Source of the DNA: an uncultured Melioribacteraceae bacterium
Lineage (GTDB): Bacteria > Bacteroidota > Ignavibacteria > Ignavibacteriales > Melioribacteraceae
Direction of reading: 5' to 3'
Assembly (NCBI GenBank): GCA_964639525.1
Contig: CAZXDS010000002.1
Span: 1 to 43,545 of the forward strand
DNA: 43,545 bases
The position numbers and the translations under genes were made by a program. Below are positions 8,596-16,376 of this stretch, piece after piece (within the stretch, counting starts at the first letter, position 1; each line of letters opens with the position of its first letter). The notes beneath the pieces were generated by a model. It saw only the letters and a list, made by a program, of their open reading frames with translations. It was not told where the DNA came from and did not search any database.

Positions 8596-8714
8596 GAGCC
8601 CACTCTAAAAAGCCACAAACGGACTAAAGTCCGTTTGGGGAAGTTCGTTTTTAGTCTGTTCCCCCACGACTGAAGTCGTGGGTTAGTAAAAATATTACTT
8701 TTTAGAATGGACTC
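8596..8714. mobile_element. MITE copy 1 (119 bp; 17-bp TIRs; 6-bp TSD ATGTAT)
   Basis: The ends are GAGCCCACTCTAAAAAG and CTTTTTAGAATGGACTC. Flanking hexamers ATGTAT lie at 8590-8595 and 8715-8720. Internal hairpins are CAAACGGACT-AA-AGTCCGTTTG and CCCACGACT-GA-AGTCGTGGG. Confidence 0.72.
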
Positions 8715-8863
8715 ATGTATTGTGTATTGTTGCAAAATGGGAAGTTCTTAAAAATAGACAACGATTTTCAAATAATAGACTATTTATCTAATTTTATCGC
8801 TATTTTGTTTTGGCAAGATTTTTGCAGTTTAACTAATTATGAGAAACATCAATTTAAATTATA

Positions 8864-9631
8864 ATGACTAACAAATTATTAACAAAAATAAATTTTCTGC
8901 AAGTAATATTTATTTTGTTTTTGGGCTTGTTTTTTTTAAGCTCGTTTAAAACAAATGTTGCAAAAGTAACATCTCCAATTGAAGCAGATACGGCAATTTA
9001 TTTAAGGAACACAAATTACGGAAGACAAATTGCTCTCTTCAAGCTGAATAAATTGAAACATGCTGACATTGTTATGCTCGGCAATTCCTTAACGCACGGA
9101 GCAAATTGGAACGAACTTTTGGGAAGACAAAGTGTTGTGGAGGAAGGCATTGTAAGTGATGTAGTTGAAGGCTTTTATCATAGAATGAAGTATGTGTATA
9201 AACTAAAACCTAAAATTGTTTTTATACTTGGCGGATTAAACGATATATATAATTGGACTCCGGTTGAGGAAATTTATAAAAACTATATTAAAATAATTAA
9301 CGGACTTAAACTTCGGCGGATTATACCTGTAATACAATTAACTACTTATGCGACCGGTTATTATGCAAAGGATTGGTTAAAAAAAACTCATCCTGAAATT
9401 AATGCTAAAAACTATAATAATGGAAGAAACAACGAAGTTGACAAATTGAATAGATTATTAAGAAATTACGCTAAAGTGAACCATATTGACTTAATTGATT
9501 TAAATTCCAAAACTAGAAGAGGTCATTTTCTAAAACGGGAAATAACTCTTGACGGTGTTCATTTTAATGATAAAGGCTATAAAATTTGGGTAAAAGAAAT
9601 AAATAAAATTTTAAAAAAATATAAATTATAA
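8864..9631 (+). CDS. SGNH/GDSL-family hydrolase or acyltransferase, secreted or membrane-anchored
   Basis: 255 aa with an N-terminal hydrophobic segment. Block I MLGNSLTHG, block III GGLNDIY, block V DGVHFN. Confidence 0.75.
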   Translation: MTNKLLTKINFLQVIFILFLGLFFLSSFKTNVAKVTSPIEADTAIYLRNTNYGRQIALFKLNKLKHADIVMLGNSLTHGANWNELLGRQSVVEEGIVSDVVEGFYHRMKYVYKLKPKIVFILGGLNDIYNWTPVEEIYKNYIKIINGLKLRRIIPVIQLTTYATGYYAKDWLKKTHPEINAKNYNNGRNNEVDKLNRLLRNYAKVNHIDLIDLNSKTRRGHFLKREITLDGVHFNDKGYKIWVKEINKILKKYKL

Positions 9632-9645
9632 AGAAAGGAAATAAA

Positions 9646-11184
9646 ATGCAGAACGAAAAAAATTATTATAAAATCCCCTTGAAAATTGTAGTGTATATTA
9701 TTTTGCTGCTTGTAGGTATTTCTTACATTCCGCAAGATATAAATATTTTCGGCTATACTCCTAAACATTTGGATATTTTTGCTGACTTAAAAACTACCGA
9801 GATTCAGGACACTTCAACAATTGATAGAGAAACTAATAAAGAGGAAATAAAGAACGAGGGGACAGACGATGAATTTATTGATCCCGATTACGTAGCTCCG
9901 GACAGTGATTCTGAAATGCAGAATGATTCTTCCCTGCTTTTTGATTCTCAAAATAATGCACAGGTCAACAAAGCTTCATTCCCATTTTCTAATTTAATTG
10001 ATGAATTTGTCAATTCATATTTTGAGAATAGCGAGGCAAAAATTGACGGCATTAGAGCTTCAAGAGTAAAAACTCACCCTCAGCCAATTACAGGAAATGT
10101 TGGGCAGTTAAGATATTTTTTTGATGCACTAAAAAAAGCAAAAAAACAGAAAGTACGAATTGCCCACTATGGAGATTCGGCAATTGAAGGAGATTTAATT
10201 ACTGCAGATATTAGGCAAAATATGCAGAGTAAATTTGGAGGAAAAGGCGTGGGTTTTCTCTCCATTGTATCAAAGGATATTCAATTCAGAACAACAACTA
10301 AACAATCATTTTCACAAAATTGGGACTTTGCTTCGCTTTTTACAAGGAACCCCAAACATTATGAACTGGGAATAGCCGGAACAGTTTCAATTCCTAAAGG
10401 AAGCGCATGGGTCAAGTATAAAACTACGAGAAGATATAGAACGGTAAAAACTTTTAACGAAGCCCGCTTATTTTACACTGATGCCAAAAGAAATGCCAAA
10501 ATTACTTATTCGATTGACAATAAATCTGCAACATCTGCAAAATTGAAAACAGGCGGCAGAATTAATGAACTGACTATGGTTGCAGGGCATTCGGCTACAC
10601 AGATAAAAATAAATTTTCCCCAAAAGGAAATGGGGCATTTTTTCGGTGTTAGTCTTGAGGGCGGTAACGGTGTTTATGTTGATAACTTACCTTTACGAGG
10701 GAATACAGGGACTGATTTGCAGCAAATTCCCGAATCGGTTTACAAAGATTTTGGAAAAAAAATGAATTATAAACTTATTGTTCTCGAATTCGGGTTAAAC
10801 GCGGCGAGTTCAATAAAAGGTAATTTTAGTTGGTATGAAAGGGAAATGGAAAAAGTAATAAACAAACTGAAAAAAGCATTCCCCCAAACAAGCATAATCC
10901 TATTTAGTGTGCATGATAAAAGCAAAAAGAAAGGCAGCAAATTTGAAACGGATCCGGTAATTTTAAAATTAATCAAAGCGCAAAAAAACATTGTGCGGAA
11001 AACGAGAATTGCGTTCTGGAATATGTGGGAATCGATGGGTGGAAAAAATTCAATGCCGAATTGGGTAAATGCAAATCCGCCGATGGCATTTAAGGATTAC
11101 ACTCATTTTAACAATCAGGGAGCAAAAAAAATTGCTAAAATGTTTAGCGACGCTTTAATTAAAGCATATAATAAACATCGGTAA
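9646..11184 (+). CDS. Membrane-anchored SGNH-domain protein (AlgJ/AlgX/PatB/Ape1-like candidate)
   Basis: 512 aa with an N-terminal TM helix and an acidic linker. Block I AHYGDSAIEGD, block III EFGLNAAS, block V DYTHFNNQG. SD AAAGGAA upstream. Confidence 0.65.
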   Translation: MQNEKNYYKIPLKIVVYIILLLVGISYIPQDINIFGYTPKHLDIFADLKTTEIQDTSTIDRETNKEEIKNEGTDDEFIDPDYVAPDSDSEMQNDSSLLFDSQNNAQVNKASFPFSNLIDEFVNSYFENSEAKIDGIRASRVKTHPQPITGNVGQLRYFFDALKKAKKQKVRIAHYGDSAIEGDLITADIRQNMQSKFGGKGVGFLSIVSKDIQFRTTTKQSFSQNWDFASLFTRNPKHYELGIAGTVSIPKGSAWVKYKTTRRYRTVKTFNEARLFYTDAKRNAKITYSIDNKSATSAKLKTGGRINELTMVAGHSATQIKINFPQKEMGHFFGVSLEGGNGVYVDNLPLRGNTGTDLQQIPESVYKDFGKKMNYKLIVLEFGLNAASSIKGNFSWYEREMEKVINKLKKAFPQTSIILFSVHDKSKKKGSKFETDPVILKLIKAQKNIVRKTRIAFWNMWESMGGKNSMPNWVNANPPMAFKDYTHFNNQGAKKIAKMFSDALIKAYNKHR

Positions 11185-11227
11185 AGATTAAATATTTTAA
11201 ATTGCTTAATAATTTAATAGGGCTTTT

Positions 11228-12694
11228 ATGGAGGTTTTTTTACAAAATTTACTTGGACAGTTAAGTTATAATCCAACTGAACCGTTAATTTTTAATACCG
11301 GATTCTTTTTGTTTTTCTTTTTGTTCGTGCTGATATTCAATCAGTTTTTTGTAAATAATAAAAGGGCACAAATAATATTTCTGTTGTCGGAATCCCTTTT
11401 CTTCTATTACAAATCGAGCGGTATTTTCTTCGTCCTTGTAATAATCAGTTCTCTTATTGATTATATTGCCGGTAAATCTATTGCAGCTTCTGATTCTAAA
11501 GGCAGACGAAAATTTTACCTTATTATTAGTTTAATAACTAATCTCGGGATACTTGGTTATTTTAAATATACCAATTTCTTTCTAGACACATTAAATTCTA
11601 TCGGAGCCGGACATTTTGACATGATGGATATTTTCCTTCCGGTAGGAGTTTCCTTTTTTACTTTCCAATCAATGAGTTATACTATTGATATTTACCGCAA
11701 TAAGTTAAAGCCTGTGCATAATTTTTTCGATTTCGTGTTTTTTGTTTCATTCTTTCCGCAGTTGGTTGCAGGGCCAATTGTACGCGCAGCGGATTTTCTT
11801 CCGCAAATTCACAAACCAACCTTTGTTAGTAAAGCAGATCTTGGCAAAGCATTTTTCTTAATTATTGCGGGACTAATGAAAAAAGCAATTATTGCTGATT
11901 TTATAAGTATTAATTTTGTTGATAGAATTTTTCAGTGGCCCACACGTTTTACCGGAGTTGAAAATCTACTCGGTGTGTACGGTTACGTACTACAAATTTA
12001 TTGCGACTTTTCCGGCTACTCCGATATGGCAATTGGAATTGCATTGCTGCTCGGTTTCAGATTACCTGATAACTTTAATGCACCGTATAAATCCAAGACA
12101 ATAACTGAACTGTGGCAGCGGTGGCACATTTCACTTTCCTCCTGGTTACGAGATTATCTTTATATTCCGCTCGGAGGAAATAGGAAAGGGAACGTTAGAA
12201 CTTATATAAACTTAATGCTGACAATGCTGCTTGGCGGACTTTGGCACGGCGCTGCTTGGCGATTTATGTTCTGGGGAGGAATACATGGACTCGCTCTAGC
12301 TGTTGAACGATTTTTTCATATTCCTGAAAAAATTGAAAAAAAGAGATTTATTAAAATTATTGCTGTGATTATAACATTTCATATTTGGACAATTTCTCTC
12401 ATATTTTTTAGAGCACAATCTATTAGTTCTGCCCTTGATATTATTAATCAAATAGTAAATTATTTTAATGGAGCTGTTTTCTTCCAGTTTGTTAAAGCTT
12501 CACCTGTTGTTTTTGCTTTGATGATAATTGGTTACGTCTCCCATTATCTTCCAATAAAATGGGAATTGAAAATGAAAGACTGGCTTGCCGCAATGCCGAA
12601 TTGGGGAAGAGCTTTTGTGCTGGTTATTGTTATTTATATTGTTGCTCAATTTAAGTCTGCTGATATTCAGCCGTTTATTTATTTTCAGTTTTAA
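11228..12694 (+). CDS. MBOAT family O-acyltransferase (AlgI/PatA/DltB-like)
   Basis: 488 aa, polytopic. Signature WQRWHISLSSWLRDYLYIPLGGNRKG with the conserved His, plus downstream GGLWHGAAW. Confidence 0.9.
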   Translation: MEVFLQNLLGQLSYNPTEPLIFNTGFFLFFFLFVLIFNQFFVNNKRAQIIFLLSESLFFYYKSSGIFFVLVIISSLIDYIAGKSIAASDSKGRRKFYLIISLITNLGILGYFKYTNFFLDTLNSIGAGHFDMMDIFLPVGVSFFTFQSMSYTIDIYRNKLKPVHNFFDFVFFVSFFPQLVAGPIVRAADFLPQIHKPTFVSKADLGKAFFLIIAGLMKKAIIADFISINFVDRIFQWPTRFTGVENLLGVYGYVLQIYCDFSGYSDMAIGIALLLGFRLPDNFNAPYKSKTITELWQRWHISLSSWLRDYLYIPLGGNRKGNVRTYINLMLTMLLGGLWHGAAWRFMFWGGIHGLALAVERFFHIPEKIEKKRFIKIIAVIITFHIWTISLIFFRAQSISSALDIINQIVNYFNGAVFFQFVKASPVVFALMIIGYVSHYLPIKWELKMKDWLAAMPNWGRAFVLVIVIYIVAQFKSADIQPFIYFQF

Positions 12695-12699
12695 GTAAT

Positions 12700-12819
12700 G
12701 AGTCCACTCTAAAAAGCCCCAAACGGACTAAAAGTCCGTTTGGGGAAGTTCGTTTTTAGTCTGTTTCCCCACGACTGAAGTCGTGGGTTAGTCAAAATAT
12801 CACTTTTTAGAATGGACTC
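12700..12819. mobile_element. MITE copy 2 (120 bp; 17-bp TIRs; 6-bp TSD AGTAAT)
   Basis: The ends are GAGTCCACTCTAAAAAG and CTTTTTAGAATGGACTC. Hexamers AGTAAT lie at 12694-12699 and 12820-12825. About 95 percent identical to copy 1 by eye. Confidence 0.75.
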
Positions 12820-12932
12820 AGTAATTTTAAGGAAAAGGATTCCAAAATTGTTCTAAATAATAAGTTTTTTTCATATCTTTTTAAGTTAAAATTAAACTAT
12901 TTTTAATAATTGATTAATTTTATAAAACCGAT

Positions 12933-15908
12933 TTGCTATTATTTAGGAATTTCAAATTTTTGAAGAATTTCTTCCAAATATATTATTACAATTTTATCAG
13001 GCTGACAAAATATGTTTTTAGTCTATTTCTGTTTATAATATTTCTCTCCCCCAGTTATTCTCAGCAAAAAACATCTCAAATAGATGGTATGAAAAAGGCT
13101 GCGAAATCTCATATGAATGCCGGTAGGTACGGTGAAGCAATTGATTTACTGAATAAATATATTGCTCAAAGACCGCAACGTTCGGATGGATACCATATGC
13201 GCGGACTTGCTTTTGAACAGCGAACACAATACCAAAAATCTGTCCTCGATTTACGAAGGGCTTATAAACTTGCAAAAGGAAATACCAAATCAAAAATTAA
13301 AAAGGATTTGGATCGCGTAATAAAAATTTGGCATGCACAACTAAGGAAAAAAATTGAAGGGCATTTGCGAGAAATTGCTATCGATCCAACTAACCCGTAT
13401 AATTATCTTGAAATCGGGAAATCGTACAGGTGGTTAGAGGAATGGGGTAATGCCGAAGATTGGTATGATAAATATTTGGCAATGGATGACAATGCTTCTC
13501 CTGATGAAATTATTAGATATACTGTAATTTTAACTCATACTAAACATATTAAAAAAGGAGAGATAATTCTTAAAAAGTATGTTGAACGTTATCCTAGTGA
13601 TTGGCGCCTATGGAGTCGTTACGGATATTTTACAATGTGGTTGTCAAAATATAAAATTGCCAAAATAGCATTTGAAAATGCACTGGGATTCAAACCTTTT
13701 TTTAAGGAAGCTCAAGATGGTTTGGATATTGTAACAAGAAAACCATATGTAACTCAATACGATCCAAAATCATTTGAGAAAGAATACCCAATTGATAGAG
13801 AATATAGGTTGTTAAGAAAACATCCGAACAATGTTGATTTGAGATTTAAATTAGTGGATGAACTTATTAAAGCAGATAGAATGGAAGAAGCCTTGCAGCA
13901 GTTGGATATTATAGGCGAAGACCATTCAGATGATCCGAGATATGAAGATAAGTTAAAATATGTAAACGATTTTCGTGATAAAGTTTATAATGAAAAAATT
14001 GATTACTATACGAAAAAGTTAGAAAAGGATTCTACAAATAAGGAAGCTATAAGCAAACTTGCCGATTATTACAGCCGTCTTCAAAACTATGATGAAGCGT
14101 ATTCTCTATTGGATAATTATTTTAATAATGTTCCTGATGAAAAAAGTTCGACACTATTGTTTCAGTATGCAAAAGCCGCAGCTTGGGCAAGAGAATTTGA
14201 CAAAGCCATTCAAATAACGGATGGTTTGTTGACCGATAATCCCAATAATTTGGATTATCAACTTTTTCGTGCACAAGTATCCGTGTGGCATAATGTTGAT
14301 ATAGATTTGGCAAAACAATATCTGCAAAATGTTTTGGCAAAAAAGCCCAATAATTTTGAAGCTCAAATTGCGATGGCATCCTTATTGGTTACAGAAAAAA
14401 ATTTTGATGAAGCACAGCAGCACGCAGATATTGCAAAAAAACTATCGCCTAAGAATCATCAGAATGAAGTTTTACAGTCCCGAATTGATTTTGAAAAAAT
14501 GCGTGCTCAAGAAGAGAAACTTTATGCTATTTTAAACGATGGACGCGAAAAAGTTATTGATGGTGATTGCGAAGGAGCACTTCCGTTTTATGAAGAATAT
14601 TTAAGTAAAGCAGAACCAAATGATTTAATATCCAAAGAATACGGAGATGTTTTATTTTGTGCCAATCAATATGATAACGCTCTTGCAACATATGAAGATG
14701 TTCTTTCGAACGGATATAATTATGATGCAGCACTTAATCGTGGAAAAGTTTTATATGCGATGGGAGATTCACTCGCTTCTATCGAGGCTTTTCATCAGTT
14801 AGTAAAAGAAGAACCCGAGGAATTTGACCCTCGTTTGTATCTTGGTGATTCTTACGCAAAAGCATCTTTTTCTGACTCGGCTAGGACGGTTTACGACACT
14901 CTTTTAACTTGGGATCTTGATTCAACGGAAATTGCAATGGTTAACCAGCGAATCGGTTGGCTGCCTGTTACCGGAATTAATGCTATTCTATCAACTTTCC
15001 CCAATTACATCGGATTTGCTCCGTCTTTTTCATATTATGCGGATAATATAAGTTTTAAGTATTCTAATGTAGGAGCACGATTGGAACTCGGGATAACAGA
15101 GTTTTTATCTGCAGGTGTCTCGTTTTACAAGAATACTCTTTCTGCAAACCGGAATGGTTTAAGTGATTCACTTCTTACGCGACAAGCAAACACCGGAGTG
15201 TTTTTTACAGGAAACAGAACTTTCACAACTTTCAAGGGGCACGTATTTATAACGCTGAGTAAACGATTTCGTTTTGGCGGTGGGTTCGGTAGCATAAATA
15301 GTTCTGACGGTGTTAATGAAATTGCCAACGATTTTTTTATTAGCTACAAAAGAAAAGATGCTTTTAGTATAGCTGCTAACTATATGAGTACGGATGCAGC
15401 AGTAATTCTTTACTCTCCATACTTAATTGATACTCGTTTAATGGCAAAATTTTGGGGCATTGACGGTTCCTATCAGCACAAGTCAGGTATGAAAATTGCA
15501 TCACACTTCGACTATATTAGAGTAACCGATAGCAATGAAGGAAATAATTTTTGGGTGCGATTAGGTACATACTACTATGTTTATCTCAGTGCCGGATACG
15601 AGTACGCATATTCAAATTGGGCATACGATTCACCCTCTTATTATTCACCCGGTAATTTTGAATCGCACAGTATATGGATAGATGCTGAATTGGAAGACTC
15701 AAAAGAACTTAAACTTAATCTCGGTGGTAAAATCGGGTATATTCCTTCGAGCAGTTTTTTAATATTAAACGGATTTATTAGCGGCAGTTTCCGACCATCC
15801 TCTTTGCTTTCAATTACCGGAAAAATATCAGGCGGAAGTACAGCTCAAAATAATTCTTCGTATAAAAGCTTTTCAGCTTCGTTATCTGCTTATTGGACAA
15901 TTTATTAA
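12933..15908 (+). CDS. Outer-membrane TPR plus C-terminal beta-barrel protein (PgaA/BcsC/PelB-like architecture)
   Basis: 991 aa with signal-like FSLFLFIIFLSPSYS-QQ. About 650 aa of TPR-like repeats are followed by about 320 aa of alternating-hydrophobic beta-strand pattern ending YWTIY. The start is uncertain (no in-frame ATG before the signal peptide; TTG candidates). Confidence 0.6.
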   Translation: MLLFRNFKFLKNFFQIYYYNFIRLTKYVFSLFLFIIFLSPSYSQQKTSQIDGMKKAAKSHMNAGRYGEAIDLLNKYIAQRPQRSDGYHMRGLAFEQRTQYQKSVLDLRRAYKLAKGNTKSKIKKDLDRVIKIWHAQLRKKIEGHLREIAIDPTNPYNYLEIGKSYRWLEEWGNAEDWYDKYLAMDDNASPDEIIRYTVILTHTKHIKKGEIILKKYVERYPSDWRLWSRYGYFTMWLSKYKIAKIAFENALGFKPFFKEAQDGLDIVTRKPYVTQYDPKSFEKEYPIDREYRLLRKHPNNVDLRFKLVDELIKADRMEEALQQLDIIGEDHSDDPRYEDKLKYVNDFRDKVYNEKIDYYTKKLEKDSTNKEAISKLADYYSRLQNYDEAYSLLDNYFNNVPDEKSSTLLFQYAKAAAWAREFDKAIQITDGLLTDNPNNLDYQLFRAQVSVWHNVDIDLAKQYLQNVLAKKPNNFEAQIAMASLLVTEKNFDEAQQHADIAKKLSPKNHQNEVLQSRIDFEKMRAQEEKLYAILNDGREKVIDGDCEGALPFYEEYLSKAEPNDLISKEYGDVLFCANQYDNALATYEDVLSNGYNYDAALNRGKVLYAMGDSLASIEAFHQLVKEEPEEFDPRLYLGDSYAKASFSDSARTVYDTLLTWDLDSTEIAMVNQRIGWLPVTGINAILSTFPNYIGFAPSFSYYADNISFKYSNVGARLELGITEFLSAGVSFYKNTLSANRNGLSDSLLTRQANTGVFFTGNRTFTTFKGHVFITLSKRFRFGGGFGSINSSDGVNEIANDFFISYKRKDAFSIAANYMSTDAAVILYSPYLIDTRLMAKFWGIDGSYQHKSGMKIASHFDYIRVTDSNEGNNFWVRLGTYYYVYLSAGYEYAYSNWAYDSPSYYSPGNFESHSIWIDAELEDSKELKLNLGGKIGYIPSSSFLILNGFISGSFRPSSLLSITGKISGGSTAQNNSSYKSFSASLSAYWTIY

Positions 15909-16004
15909 AAGAAGTTATTTACATGTTTGATCTTCTTCTTAGGAAAAATTAAATAAATCAATATTTTTTTCGATAATAGCATCAAAATAAAACAGGTTAT
16001 TAAA

Positions 16005-16376
16005 ATGATAGAAATAAAAATTCCAACGGCAGCAGCGGTTGTATTATTAACGCAAAGGATGCACCACGAACTTTCTATGCGTGAAAAAGCAGGTCAAATT
16101 GATGCTGGAACTAGTTTCAAAAATCTATCGTTTGATGAAGTTATGGAGATTGCAGAATCTTCCGCTATTGATATTGTGGCACTATTGCCGGCAGACATTA
16201 TGGCGGAAGAAAACAATATGCATGTTATTATTTCAAAGGCAATGAATGCACTCTCCACTATTTTTGAGTTAAACGAATTTAAAAACTATACTGAAGACAA
16301 AGCAAAAACACTCCTTGCTCCGTTAGTAAAAACTTTTAAAAAAATAGATGATAAAAGCTATTCTTTGTTGAACTAA
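16005..16376 (+). CDS. Hypothetical protein (123 aa, cytoplasmic, acidic)
   Basis: ORF only. The 3-prime end overlaps the convergent peptidase gene by 4 nt. No motif recognised. Confidence 0.4.
   Translation: MIEIKIPTAAAVVLLTQRMHHELSMREKAGQIDAGTSFKNLSFDEVMEIAESSAIDIVALLPADIMAEENNMHVIISKAMNALSTIFELNEFKNYTEDKAKTLLAPLVKTFKKIDDKSYSLLN

Noticed and set aside
8596-8714. The three-stem 120-nt element as a self-cleaving ribozyme or riboswitch
   Set aside because: I could not find the hammerhead core (CUGANGA...GAAA at a three-way junction), twister signatures or other ribozyme signatures. The variable 6-bp flanking duplications are better explained by transposition. A structured-RNA role remains possible but is secondary.
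8535-8735. 66-aa minus-strand ORF
   Set aside because: It reads straight through MITE copy 1. The equivalent frames in copies 2 and 3 are not conserved as ORFs of 60 aa or more.
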